Shown here one piece after another: positions 49,117 to 62,713 of a stretch of DNA of 64,000 nt. The position numbers and the translations under genes are program-made. The notes under the pieces are model-generated. The model was not told the DNA's origin, did no database searches, and saw only the letters and a list, made by a program, of their open reading frames with translations. The DNA comes from Tubulanus polymorphus (Eukaryota > Animalia > Nemertea). The stretch spans positions 14,515,653 to 14,579,652 of the forward strand of contig NC_134028.1 in NCBI RefSeq assembly GCF_964204645.1, read 5' to 3'. Position 1 is the first letter of the stretch, and every line of letters begins with the position of its first letter.

Positions 49117-49989
49117 TTGGTGGCCATCTTGGTGTCATCAGTACTCATTCGTAGGTGGAAAAAAGTTTTTCAACAGTATATTGATACCTAAGCATATTGT
49201 GTTACCACGATCAATTGAAAAGTTGTAGCCCATTATGTGTTCTATGATTTTTGTGAGTTTCAAGGTCATCGGTTTTTGTATATGGCCACCAGGGGGCGTT
49301 GAATGATACAATAACTTAGTATTTCTATATTATATTTAAACCTATGCATATTTTGTTAACACAATCAATTACAAAGTTGTAGCTCATGACATCCTCTTTG
49401 AAAGTTGTAGCTCATGACATCGTCTTTGATTGTTAGTTATTCTATATGGTCACCAGGGGGCGTTGAATAGTGGAATAACTTAGTATTCCTTATTAGATTG
49501 CTACCTAGGCATATTTTGTTACCATGATCAATTGCAACGTTGTAGTTCATGACATGTTCTATGATTGTGGTGATTTTCAAGGTCATTCGGGTTTTGCCTA
49601 CAGTCACCAGGGGGCGTTGAATAGTAGAATGACTTAGTATTTCCATTTTAAATTGGTAAGGAGGCATATTTTGTTATCACAATCAATTACAAAATCGTAG
49701 CCGCTGACATGTTCTATGATTGTGGTGGGTTTCAAGGTCATTGGTTTTGTATATGGTCACCAGGGGGCGTTGAATATTGAAATTATTAGATTGATGAGCA
49801 TTTGAAACCACTTCCCAAGTGGGCATGGTGTCCCTGGACCCCTAGTTCTGAAAGCAAAAAGTCAACACCTTTTAACTCGAGAATATTTCCTGATATGCCA
49901 ATAAAAAGAAGCGATTATAAACCAAGTTGCAACATTTCTAATGACCTACAACATTTAATCGACATGATCGATTAGTGTCCACAGTATGT

Positions 49990-50620
49990 AATTAAATTGG
50001 AACAGGAGACCAGAATGCAGCGAGATTGTTCTCTTTGGTTCAAAGAAAGACAGTAAGACTGACTGCGAGTAATTTTGGCTTAGTACTGAATCGAAAAGCA
50101 GCTCCAACAGAGATATTTTTTTCATCTCTTGTTACGAAAAAAGATTTGAGTTCTGTTGCTGCCATACAGTATGGCATTGACAATGAACCTTTTGTTCTGT
50201 CAAAGTATAGAAACCATATGGCTAATTCTGGAAAAAATGTAGATGTTTTACCACGTGGGTTAGCGATAAATAAATCTTTCGTTTGGCTGGGTGCAACTCC
50301 GGATGGGAAGATAATAGCTGCCGATACCCAGGGTTACGGTCTCGAAATAAAATGTCCATATTTGCTTAAAGATGTTACCCCTAAGGCAGCCGCAAGAGAA
50401 AAGGAATTTTGTTGTAATCTTATTGATGGCAAAATACAATTGAAAACATCACATCATTATTATAGCCAGATTCAAAGACAAATGGGTGTATGCGGCTTGG
50501 ACTTTTGTGACTTTGTCATATACACCAAGAAGGGTATTCAAAAGGATTCCATTTCAACAACAATTTTGGGATGAAATGTTGGATAAACTTTCAATCTTTT
50601 ATTTAACTTATCTAGCTTCA
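49990..50620 (+). pseudogene. YqaJ/lambda-exonuclease-like PD-(D/E)xK nuclease
   Basis: EQETRMQ..LWF..RLTASNFG, YGIDNEP, WLGATPDG, LEIKCPY, YYSQIQRQM, CDFVIYT; frameshifts at both ends. Confidence 0.88.
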
Positions 50621-50869
50621 TATATTGTGAAAAATACATATGATGCAAATGATGCTTGAATTTTGTACTGCCGAAATAACACATAACACATGTATGATGT
50701 ATCAATGCTGATTTTATTCTATCAATCATTCACTGAATTTATTATGTTGACATGAAATATCATATAAATCATTTATATGACATTTAAAATTTCATATACA
50801 ATTTGTACAGAAATACACGAAGGTTGAATGCAGATAACAAGCCTTAGGTTTTCTTAACTTCTTGGGAAA

Positions 50870-51298
50870 TTATTGGGTTCTGAAACAAAGTGAGCAGCAC
50901 ACAACTCGACCATAGTTGATTAATCGACCCGGCCAGTGTGTGAGGAACAACAATGTCAAATATATGGAAACTTTTAATATATTGTTCAGCTTCTCAACAT
51001 GTATACGCTTGGCAGCAATTGCTTGTGTATTGTACACATCTTCAGCATCTATTTCCCCGTCAGAAATTGACCCAGTGTAAAGTTGCGACACAAAAGTCAG
51101 ACAACCAGCTGGACTTATCCCAATCGAACCTTTCAAACTATTGCTGCTTTTGTAATTAGAATACGACGCAGACAACAAAACCAGTGACGATGGCATCTCT
51201 AATTTGATTTCAGTTGCATAAATTATTATTCTTGTTTGTGGGTATTTAATTTTAAAAGGTTCGGGCATAATGCTGATTGATAGACTGTTTCGTTGCAC
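50870..51298 (-). pseudogene. Harbinger/ISL2EU-type DDE transposase fragment
   Basis: YPQTRIIIYATEIKLEMPSSL..YSNYKSSNSLKG.IGISPAG..FVSQLYTGSISD and RIHVE. First catalytic D replaced by Y; internal deletion. Confidence 0.85.
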
Positions 51299-52659
51299 TT
51301 ATATTTAATGATACATTTAACGGTGCTGAACTATAGGTGAACTATGGAACAGCAGTAACAGTGCTGAGAGCTTAGCATAGTGTACTTAAATAGCTTTATA
51401 GCAGTGGATTGAAATCTGCATCTTCAATTTGATCGATTTTGCCTATTCAGATTACTCATTGATTCTTACAAATAGGTTTATGCAATAGACAATAGATCCT
51501 TCTACCTTCCTGGCCAGTTTCAAAGTTGTAAGACAATCTGGCATTGAGATATAACAAAATACACGCAGTCTCCTCAAAATTCTACGTATTTCTATAGACG
51601 CTATTTCTCAGCTGTCCATTTAATGACGTTGCAGCGCGCACCTGCTGATTAAGCCAACGCTGTCCATTTAATGACGTTGCAGCGCGCACCTGCTGATTTA
51701 GCCGACGCTGAACAGTAAGCGATGTAAACAACATGAGGTCAAAAATCATGTTACAAAATCACAAATTGCGCGTAAACAAAACATTTTTGAACAGAACGTC
51801 CGAAGACGAGCGTATAGATCAATAGAATACATCATATTTTGAAATAAAAAAAAGTGTCAGTTACCCTTTAGGGAAACTACTTATTTTTCATGAAAATTAC
51901 CAGTTAAAAGGTCCTCAGAAATTTCTGGAAGTACAAAAAATTTAGGTATGTGTTACTTGGGAAAAAATTCAGGTTTGGCAGGTCTGCATGTTTAATAGTA
52001 TTGTATTTATAAGTGTAACTGATCTGTTGGTAAATCCATAGCCCGATTAGCACTGACGAATTTCAAAAGTAGTGGTGTATATTCCACCTCAGAAAATTCA
52101 AATTCATATGAAGAAACATGATTTTTGATTTCCATAATTTACAAATTAGTGTAATTTTGAATTAAGATTAAGGGATTTCATGATATAATGTCGATCTGGA
52201 CCATCACAGTCATGATCTTTTAATCTATAAGTTTATCCCAGCTTGCTTGCTTGAATTAGTGCTTATCAATAATCAATCCAAAACTGGCTGAGCAAGTGCG
52301 CATGCGGTGAAAGAGTTAATCCGCAGAGTGAACAGATCATCTGTAGCAGCAAAATGATCAGAATAAATTAAATTTACTCTACTTACATCCTGCCAAGTAC
52401 AAGTATCATTTCATTAGATATCCCAAACTTCGGTTGACCATCAGCGCGAGATAAGTATGCGCCATATTTTAGGAAGACCGATTCTATTCGATTCTATTCG
52501 ATCTCACTATGCCTCTAATACCAGTTTATTTTCTTTCGAAACAAAGAGATTTCTTATTGTTCCCCTTTAAGTGCTTTTTTATTGTTCAAATTTTTAATAC
52601 ATTACATTTTTCAAGTTAGGCCATCATTTTTTTAAGTTTTTTTTATTTATTTGCAATAG

Positions 52660-52803
52660 GTATGACACTCATCCCTCAAAACAAGAAGTACTTAATTCTG
52701 CTGAATCCATTCAGTGGACCTGGCAAAGCTTTACAACTCTTTCGTGAAAAGATCGCAGTGATGCTTGGAGAATCAGAAATGCCATATGAACTAATAATAA
52801 CTG
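52660..52803 (+). CDS. SPHK: Sphingosine kinase coding exon 2 (C1 motif)
   Basis: LILLNPFSGPGKA; acceptor tag, donor g|gtaagt; phase 1/1. Confidence 0.92.
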
Positions 52804-52971
52804 GTAAGTTTTATCGCCTACCTACTGGTATAGAAAATACTAAGGGCTGTGTATGGCCACATTTTTAGCTGTGGCTACTCTGTTACTAAACAGTTATTGG
52901 GAATTGTATCTTACGTAAGAAACATGTTCAACTTGGAATCATTAAATCTTAACTGGATTGCTTCGTTATTA

Positions 52972-53659
52972 CAGTAGACTCCGCTTACCTCGGAATTCTT
53001 GGGACTGCAAAATTATTTCTGAGGTATGCGATTTCCGAGGTATATAAAGTCCGCAAATTTTTTCATAAAAAAAATTGTTGCTGACACGTGGGCTCAAATT
53101 ATCCTTCTTATACTAATCTATGTTGAATAAACACTGTATATGTACCATATCTGACAGGCTTTTATTGTTATTTCAATCAAAACCTCATATCCCCAGGATA
53201 TTTGACTTGTCATCTTTTCAATCAAAACATCGTACTGCAGTACACCAAGTGAAGCCCCTACTTCCCAGTTGAGAGAATTTAAAAACACGTGGGTTTGATG
53301 AGCAGTGACAAGTCTATAGCTCCGCCTACATCCATTCAATACACGTGGTAACATAGTGCAGATGTTGATTCACGTCGCGTCCAAGAACAGGTATTGATTA
53401 ATCTGTTTCAAGTTGTTATGCAGTAGGCTAGGGATGCGTTTTTGAAAAGACGATGCTCAGAATTTGCGAGGTACACGATTTTAGGACTCAATTTATAAAA
53501 AAAATCATTCTGAGGTATGCGATATTCCGACGTATGCAACTCCGAGCTACTCGGAGATTTTCATTTGAGAAATAATTGCATTAAGAAAAATATTTTAGAT
53601 TTGTTCTGAGCAAAGCAATATTCCAAGGTGTATGACTCCGAGGTATGCGGAGTCTACTG
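52972..53659. mobile_element. Tc1/mariner (pogo-like) MITE
   Basis: TIR cagtagactccgc.tacctcgga flanked by TA on both sides. Confidence 0.85.
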
Positions 53660-53666
53660 TACTAAA

Positions 53667-54241
53667 ATTCATACAAATCATTCATTAGAGCATTATCCAT
53701 TCTCCAACCCCTATGAAGCTGAATTTTAAAAGGGGGTCTCGTTAAAATTTATATGAGCTTTGCGCGAAAATCTGATCGCAAAAATATCTGTTTTAAAAAG
53801 CCAATCGAAAGCAAAGACTCCTCTATGATTGGCTCTATGATTGTCTCTAATTAGCCATGTGCTCAAACTGCAAATTCAATCAAATTTCATTCTGCAAAAA
53901 AATATCAAATCCAATTCAATTTTACTTTATTGAACAAGGTAAAACTGCAAATCCAATTCAATTTTGTTTTATTGAGCAAATTTCAGAAAATTCAATTCTA
54001 TTCCGCATTCAAATCAATAAGACCAAGGGAAAAGATTTATCTGAGGTATTTGTTCCTGCCAGCTCCAGTCGCTGTCTGTGCTACTTATGAAAACACAATT
54101 GAATTGGGTAAATTGGATTAGCCTGGGATTGACTAGTCTGAGCAGGGAGTGTATTTGGACGGATTTAACCCACAGAATGCATCATTTGCCATTTTACGAA
54201 AAGCTGACAGGCTGGTTATAGTGCCCCTTGGGGCTCTTGTT
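53667..54241 (+). mobile_element. 5'-truncated HINE family B copy
   Basis: Matches 38660-39481; ends gccccttggggctcttgt. Confidence 0.75.
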
Positions 54242-54655
54242 ATACAGGTGTTCAAGACATAACCTCAGCTACAATCTCTCTTCTAATGGAATCTATTTGC
54301 CATTCCTCAGGTGTCAAGCAACTTGTTACTGCTCTATGTTCTAGCATTGAAGACTTAACAAATTGTGTTTTATCTCCTACTATTCTTATCATTGTAAAAG
54401 CACCCTTTATACAAGAAGAGGAAATTTCTGATTTCTAATAACAAATCAATGTTGTTATCAATATCTCTCAAACTGACGATTGCTTTAAAACCCTTCCAGT
54501 GTCTCAGGCGCACCCAGTGCGCCGTGAGTTTTAAAAAAACCGAATGCAGGTGCACCAGATGGCCCACTGTGTTTAAAAATTCAATAGATGGCAAACGTAT
54601 CGGCATATGTTCACCAGATTTGTCTGACAGCGCGGTATATGAATCATACAGCTGC

Positions 54656-54955
54656 CAGGGGCGGATTTAGACCGTATTGACCGTGTTGCCCGACACAAGG
54701 GAATTTTAAAGTGCCTTTTAATTTTTTCTCTGTATCAAAATTTGCCCTTGAAACCACCTGAGATACACAATAGATATTTTTCCTAAATATATAACCTATG
54801 TTTCTTGACTAAATGCCTCTCAGAGATGCTCAGAAAGCTCTAAAATGATAGTAAAATTTCCAAAAATTTGCTGATATGCCTTTCACCCAAAATTAAGAAT
54901 ATGTGTCCTTTTTATTGGTCGACATGGTCACAACATGCCCCTGGATCCGCCCCTG
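54656..54955. mobile_element. MITE with caggggcggat termini
   Basis: caggggcggat / atccgcccctg; no clear TSD. Confidence 0.6.
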
Positions 54956-57732
54956 GTCGCTCTTAAAATAACACTCACAATACACACGTCGCGCTGTGCT
55001 TGACCTCTCAATATATCGATGCATTTTCTATAGACAGTAGTACTATAGTACATAGCGCATAGCCTATGCTGTAGTAGTGCAATACTATACCATGGGGTCT
55101 TGTCAAAGATACTTAGGTGATCAAGCCAGGGATCTTACAGCAATATGTAGATGATGGAGACGATGATTCTAGTGAAAAAAATTAGCGAATCGAGCCAGGG
55201 GTCGCGGTAGAGGAAGGGGAGCTCAAAATCATGAATTTTTGATATATCGGATTTTGGACCCCCCTTTTTATCAAATCTTATCCAAGACCTAGTTCAAGCC
55301 GCTCGCTAGTTCAAGCCGCTGTATAGCGCGTTGCTACGACGACGATCGATCAACATACTGGTACTCGCTGTGTAATACTGAACACGTATATACCTGTAGA
55401 TATTGATCGTACTAGCACCGGTTTTAATCCCCGAAGTTGTTGTTACTTTGTTGACCTCGCCGTTTTATAAGCTTACCGATGATTCTTCTAGTATTTTCAG
55501 GGTCACAAGACATGACGAAGTCGCAAAGTTTTGTACAAATTTCACGAAACAAACAATTATTTAGGCGGCACCTGATCTATTGATTAATTATGATAACTAA
55601 TGTTTATTTCATTAAAAATTTGTTTTATTCAAACACTACTTTCATCGCACATAGCGTGATCGGTAGGCCCTACTACTCTACGGTAGGCCATGGACTCTTT
55701 CATGTGGTAGGCCTATTACAAATGATACAATCCGCGTGTCCGTGAATAAGTGACACGTGGTGGGGCGGGTTGTGAGGAGCATCGAAACTAATCCGTCACA
55801 AATAATAGATAGAAAACAATACCTTAAGAGGTTAACTTTTATTAACATCATTACCAAATCAAAACCTGCACATCCTATCATAAATAGAAATTCTAAGAAT
55901 TTATTTCAAAGAATAATAAATTACGTCTAAATATTGGGATTCGAACTCGTAGCATCGATTCAGGTGCCTTTCCCAAAGCGGGTATCCCGCGGGGAAAACC
56001 CATTACTATTTATATCGAGAATCGCCTTTTTGACAGCGAGTTCGGTGAATGAAACAGAAACAATTACACAGAAACCCATCATGGAAAGTTTCTTTCTGGT
56101 TTAAAAAGAGTCGACAATGAAAGGGTTAACAAAATCTTCTCTGAATCTGTAGAAAGTTCTGTACTACCAGTACCCATCAACACTTCTGCACAACATTTTA
56201 TGTACCACCTTTCCTATGTATTGATATCAATGATTCACTCACATTGTATCCACTACTATTACACGCCAGTGCTCAGGATCCTTAGGGATACATCATTCCA
56301 ATGTACCCATATATAAATCGTCATATTGGTCGTGTGAGTTTACCTATATCAAGATGTATCTAAATACATAACTCAAAACTATGACTTCAGGGTTGTTCAG
56401 AACATTTGAAAGCTTCTCCATCTTCATTAGTCATTTACAATATGCCTAAACTATGGTGGCTGATTCGGGCCATGTAAGAAAAATCACAAATGGTGCAAAT
56501 TTTTTTTTACCGATGCCTAAAAGTCGTTTTTTCGCGCAATAAAACGAAAATTACCACGTAAAAACGAGAAATTACCATGTTAAAACAAGAAATGTTGTTT
56601 CATTGCGGAATTAAAACGAGAAAAAGTCATGCCTACTACAGGCACTCTTCCCTAAGTATCATACTAAGTACTCAGGCCAATATGTTTCTCAAAAACATAA
56701 TAATGTGAATATCTTCACATTTGGAATGTATGATCACTAATGCAGTAATGAAATCTCTAAACCCTTGCATTTCGCTGGAAAGCATTGCTTATTTAGTTAT
56801 TTCTAGCATTGGTTGATGTCTATGACGTCATGCCAATGCTAGTAAAACGGATCAAAGTCGTAGTCGAAAAAAAGCGCCAATTCTTCTCATTTTCATAGTA
56901 ACTTTAAGTCGTAACTCCGTTCTCATAAAACATTAGACACCGCTGAAAATGACTCAAAATAATTTTTCAATTATTGCCTACAAGATAGCCTCGCTGGATT
57001 TCTGTTTTATTGGCCCAAAAGGTGTTTCTATCGCAATTTTCTCGTAAGCTATGTGGTAGGTAAGAGGGGGTTAAGCAATGGCGTAGTGATATGTCTGCAT
57101 TGACATTGGCAGTAAAGAATGGGGAATGGCCTCTTGAATAGAAAAACATAAATTTATGTAACCCCGGTATATGAATATCATAGTCTTTAAATATCACTGT
57201 TTTATTCCTCCTCTCAGAAGCTATGAGATTAATTCAAATTAATTCTCAGCGGCAGAATACATATAGGTTAGCTATGTGATCGCGCAGGAACGCCTTAACT
57301 AAAGTTAAAACCATTTCATGATGACACAAAACATCAATAGGTTAACCCAACCATGATATACATCACCAATAAAGATAGATTATTTTATTCAATTTTACCA
57401 GAGTTTTTTTTGGAGGAAATTATTGTTAAATAGGCCGAGAATAACCATGTATCATCAATCAGGTGACTGGCATTTATTGCAAAATTCCATAGGTTTGGCT
57501 ATATTCTAAGATAAGTTTTCACTTTAAGATGCCCTGCCCGCCTCCTGCGCACTCACGAGGTAGTAGCAGCCCTGCACGCACTCGGCAGATAGATTTGCTT
57601 TCAAATGCGTGCCCGGGAAAAATGACTCTTATTATCTTTTCCATGCATAGCACACCACAACAGTGATTAAGTGAACACGTTGTTTGTTGTAAATTGCAAT
57701 ATCGCGATGGTTATTTTCCGCTGCAGTAGTTT

Positions 57733-58124
57733 TTTGGAATTGTGGCCTCGGTAGCTCAGCGAGATAAGGCGTGATGCTGTTGCATCCGCTATCAGTGCTG
57801 AATGACAAGTGGGTTCGAGTCCTGCTGGCTGCTTACAGTGTGCGGGCAATACTTCAAAGACCGTCCCGTCGTGCATAAGTCTCTTGACTGGAACATGATG
57901 GAAAACATCAGAATAAACTAGTTTCGTCTTTAATAGAATCGCATTGATGAGGTTTAACAATACAAATAGCGTACGCTAAATCGGCGTTCGGCAGAAAAAT
58001 GAAATTCATTCAATTCTTAAGTCTGTGGTCCTCCCAATCAACATCGTCATATGTAAGGCATAACCACTTAATACCTTACCATAGTATAATCTACCAATGC
58101 TTCAACGCCCATCGGCCTCTTGTT
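57733..58124 (+). mobile_element. Uninterrupted SINE head plus downstream segment, paralogous to 28543-28597/35610-35708/36012-36294
   Basis: Contiguous gtgatgctgttgcatcc (empty BEL site), A and B boxes, and the same 3' hairpin-cttgtt end. Confidence 0.75.
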
Positions 58125-59465
58125 TTATTGTTTGATCTACATATTTTTTTGGAAGAACACGAACGTTGTTACGTTATGTATGTTTGTGCTTTACTTCATA
58201 GACTCGCTGCTATGGGGTGTATTAATCTTTTCACTACTGCTAGCTACATACAGTGCCTTATTTTTGACCCGGCTTTTATATTTCGAGCCTTAGGACCCTG
58301 ACGTGGTACCCTACTGAGCTGTTTCCGGGATGATTGAGGTGCCTACTTTGAACACCGATTTGAATATTGTCTGACCCATTTTTTTCATTTACTCAAGAAT
58401 GAACAACGAATGACCAACTGCTTTGCAGCAGTCTTATTTTGTCATTTGAAAGTGGGGTTGAGATGTGCCAAATCTCCTTGAAATCGTAAAATTTGCTTTG
58501 GGGAGGCCCCCCAAAACCGCCCTTAGGTGCATGCAGCTTCGGTGCACGTGACTGCTGGCTTGGCCAGAACTATTTAGCCTAATACTTTTATTTCTGATAT
58601 TTCCCCGTTTTTCAAATGCCTCTCTTTTCATCCCTGTCTGTAGGGGGAAATAGTAGTTGGAATTGATATGACAAGTTTCGTTCCTATGCTTTCAGTCACT
58701 AAGAAGTGCTGGGAGAAAATGTGCATAAATTTCAATCATCTTTACTTAAGTGTCTTAGACAAAAGCTTTTGCCCAACATCAAATTCAAGTAACAAGATTT
58801 TTTGGCCTCAAATTTTGCAAAATAGAAAATTCTTTCTACCTCCCGCCTCACCCTGAAAATTTGGGATGGCATTATGGCAAATAGACAATTAATTTGTCAA
58901 GCCAAATTTTTGAGATAACTTTAAAATTTTTGTGTCTTTAAAGTATAAATCTTTAACTTGCATTAGCAACCTTTTGCCATGGTTCATTAGATGACCTCAT
59001 GAGCTTTATACTTCGGCATTGTGTCCAAACGTAACATGACATGTCTCCAGATGTTAATGTAATTGACTGATAAATCTTGAATCTTTGTAAGATAACCTGA
59101 TCAATCTCATGGTTTTCTTGAATACATGATAAGTTTGTGATCCTATCATTATTTGCAATCTTTAAAGGATAACTCCTGGGGTGTTTCAAGTTTCAATACC
59201 TATGATTCTTGCTAACATTGCTATTGAATGAATCCACCATCAGTGACAAATTTAAGGATTAACCAGGCATGTGCTTTTGTCCTTTGCTTTAAGTTATACT
59301 TCCCTACCAAGATTCCTGTTAATGGGACCATAAGTGAATTCCTACCTTGTAGTGAAAAAGTCTCAGGTATGGTAATTCCAATATTTCCATACAGTAGGAG
59401 ATCACCATTAGTGATTAGCCAAAATTGTAGAAACTTTGTTAATAAGTTATGTTTCTATTTTTCAG

Positions 59466-59560
59466 AATATGCAAATCATGCTCGAAATATTATGAAATTA
59501 TTAACTTTATCTGAATGGGCAGGAGTCATTATAGTATCAGGTGATGGCTTAATATTTGAG
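59466..59560 (+). CDS. SPHK: Sphingosine kinase coding exon 3 (C2, SGDG ATP-binding motif)
   Basis: EYANHAR..VIIVSGDGLIFE; acceptor ttttcag, donor gag|gtagat; phase 1/0. Confidence 0.93.
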
Positions 59561-59640
59561 GTAGATCAAGTTTTCAGGTTAGAAATCACAATAGTTTGTC
59601 AGATTTGTGATAATTTTCTGTGGTGCACTGCGTGTTTTAG

Positions 59641-59756
59641 GTAGTGAATGGGTTAATGGAAAGAGATGATTGGAGAGAAGCAATTAAGTTACCAATTGGA
59701 GCACTGCCTGGTGGGTCAAGTAATGCTCTTTGCTGTGCCCTTAACTTCAGAGCAGG
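59641..59756 (+). CDS. SPHK: Sphingosine kinase coding exon 4 (C3)
   Basis: VVNGLMERDDWREAIKLPIGALPGGSSNALCCALNFRAG after an 80-nt GT-AG intron; donor gg|gtacgt. Confidence 0.92.
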
Positions 59757-59834
59757 GTACGTAAATTTACTTTATGGTAAATGGGGTTACTAATATAGTA
59801 GTCAGCCAGCCACCTCTCGATGTACCTCAAAACT

Positions 59835-60290
59835 GTGTACCCCGTAGGATGTAAAAGCGCCTTCTCACTTCGTCCGTCCCTTCGTTGTCTGTCTATGTCC
59901 ATAGACATAATCTACTCGACTACACATTTTGGGAAGCTTTGATGACTTTTTGATGGATTCTCTGGATATTTTTTTCTTACGTGTATCTACCCTATTCAAA
60001 TCTGCAGCCTTGAAACTGGCGCGGTCAGATTCAAGTGGCCGACTGGCAGCTAGCTGATCAGGACTTTATACTCATTTTTGAAGCTTATAAGGGGAGTTTT
60101 GAAGATGCTTAGACCAATTTCCTTGATAATTCATATGCATATGTATGTGTATCCCCCTAAGGGCCCATCATCATCAGAAAATTGGGTCATTCAGACTCAA
60201 GATTACCGTCCCATAACTTTTTTTGTGCACAAAAAGGTAATTTGTGGTCTGAATCTAGAGACCTGTAGCTTACTAATGATGCGTAGATGT
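59835..60290 (+). mobile_element. Diverged HINE family A-related fragment
   Basis: cgtccgtcc head; gtatctaccc, gggcccatca and actcaagat blocks shared with family A. Confidence 0.5.
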
Positions 60291-62713
60291 GTAAACGATT
60301 TTTAACAAAAATATCAACTGATTTCAAGTCATGTTATTTGATCATTATTAGCATTAGTCGTAGGACACATCTCCTTATATGGTAATGGGGTTACCCAATC
60401 TTATGTTCTCCTCACTTGGCAGGGATGAAAATCTTCCGACCATAGATGGATTTCCAACCTTTTCTTCCATTTTCTTCATTCCTGAGATCAGTGTAAATGG
60501 CCTCAATTGCGCGCATCACATCGGAGCGCTCCGTAGTTAGGAATGCTCCTTAAGACGGTTTACCAGTGGTAGTTAGCACAACTGTGGGGTCGGAGAAACC
60601 AAAATGGGGTCTCATTCGAAAATCGGCACTAATTCAGGCCCAAACTATTACAATTTTGACCAAAAGAAAGTAATTTTTGACTTTGGCGTATGTCGACATC
60701 TTCATAATGGGTCTGGAGACCACTCCGGAAATAAAATGCTCTGCATGTAAACTCGTCTTTTGTACTGTACACTTTCGTCATGCGATCAAACAAAGGTGAA
60801 ACAGTGAGTAGATGAAACCATGAAACAGTCCAGTTACGCAGTAATTAGCAGTCAAAGTTCGGTATTTTTTCGCGAATATGTTCCATCTGAAAAATTAATA
60901 CCTTCATACTGCGGAGATCACGTTGGCTCTTCTAGTTAATCACTGCTCTTCAACAGGGTAGGCTGCGGCCTGCGTGATTGCCCTTGTGATATCATTGGGA
61001 GAAAGCTGCACTCTGATTGGTTGTTGAGGGAATACCAGGGAATACCCTGAGCAGCTGGGATATTCCCAAACAACCAGTTAAGCTGAACAAGAAATTGAAC
61101 AAGGGATGGACGGCATTTTGATGTCTGGGTAAGTGAAGTTCATTTTTTTTTTGCTGAATATGATAGAATTATCTTATGTAGTCTAAGAATAGCAATGCTG
61201 GGTCCAATGTTGATTGAATTCTGACTTTGATTGATTCCGTCAATGTCTTAATCACGCAAATTCTTACAAAAAGAAATTAATTAAACAACCTGACAACTGT
61301 GCTGTTAGCTTGTGTTTTCTCTCAATTTCTAACGACAAACTGTCATTTACCTAGGCTAATGATTAACAGAGCTACATTGCATCGACATCAAAGTATGCGG
61401 CGTAACTTTTAGTTGCATGTGATTTGTTTTCAACCGCATTTGTGTGCCCTTATAATAATTATTAATTTTTAAATTCAAATTTCAACTTGATTTATTTCAC
61501 CTGGGAAATGATCTGCTCTCAGCCGCGTATGGGCCTATGTAACCATAAAATGAGTAAAACATTTCCATTTTTTTCAGATTCATTGTTCTCAATCGCTGCT
61601 TCAGGATTCCTGCTAAGGTGAGTTTTTTTTCAGTATTTGTCATTTCAATATGAGACAGGGGCAAGTTATTGTGACAGTTGTCGTAGACTTGCAAGGGGTT
61701 GGAGGGATGAATGAAAATGGCTTGGCCGGGCGGTAGTGTCAGCCCAAAGTTTTCTTGAAATATCGATTTTTTTCGCAACCAACACCAATGGTAACTAGAT
61801 CATGGGGTTTCCATGGCCGGCCTATTAGATATCCTAACTTGACAAGCCCTGACAGTGTATTGAATACTTTTTTATTTGTGTTTTGATTAGGCAGAAACTA
61901 AATTGGTACATTTTTTTTTGTTTCAGATTTGTCAAATGGATGTTGAATGATACTTACAATTCCTAACTACACTAGTACACTAGACAGTAGTTTTCTATTC
62001 ATCTATACTACAGTAAACACCACTTTCTTGGCAATAGCTTCAAAATCGATACTCCACCGGAGAAAAGGCATTTCCTATCTGAAACAACCTAGTGGTACCA
62101 GCACGTGCAGTAGTGATAGAACGGACATTGAATTTCCCTCGGATCGCACATTGAACAATTCAAGTCTCAATGGACTCACTGTTCATCAACAACTTGTTGG
62201 CAATCAAACTGTTGTGCGTTTTCAAAAATATCGAGAAGCAGGTCGATTTTGATGTAATCACATATGTTTCATTCAGCCACCTATCTTCACTTCAAATCCA
62301 GAAAATAAACAGCATGGTTCAATGTTTAATTTGGTTTGATCATAGAATTTGTTGTATGAGTTACCTTAAAAACCGGCGTATAAGTCGAGTTTTTAACCCT
62401 TGATTTTACCACTAAATTATTGACCTCGACTTATACACCGAGTACAGTTTTCTACAAAGTATTTTCAGGTCACAAGAAATATTGATTCTACCAGACAAAA
62501 AAGACAGTGTTCATCTTCTCACTGCTATAACAGTTTCAATAATTATTCATGATAAATAAAGCTATTTAATGAAAAAAACTTCTTTCATTTTGACACAGCT
62601 TCATTTAAAACGATGTATTCATATATGTGCGCTCATAGCAGCGCTTAATACATTAGGCTATATATAGGCTGTATATAGAGTGTGACTCACACTACTGCAT
62701 CACTGTATGGTAG

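Larger units (their letters stand above)
43299..49847 (+). mobile_element. HINE family A copy with a doubled head (43299, 43505), interrupted at 44047-49116
   Basis: Collinear with 27275-28544; ends tcccaagtgggc..ctagtt. Confidence 0.8.
43285..51867. mobile_element. Internally deleted DDE+YqaJ DNA transposon (ISL2EU/PIF-Harbinger-like) carrying nested inserts
   Basis: 21-bp inverted repeat aaagggtaactgacacttttt (43283-43303 / 51849-51869) enclosing convergent YqaJ and DDE_Tnp_4-like relics. Confidence 0.65.

Noticed and set aside
59228-59644. 138-aa ORF as a standalone gene
   Set aside because: Only 59466-59560 is exon; the rest is intron read-through.
55084-61853. Single large TIR element (gggtcttgtcaa / ttgacaagccc)
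   Set aside because: The match is short and imperfect, has no TSD, and would enclose host SPHK exons.
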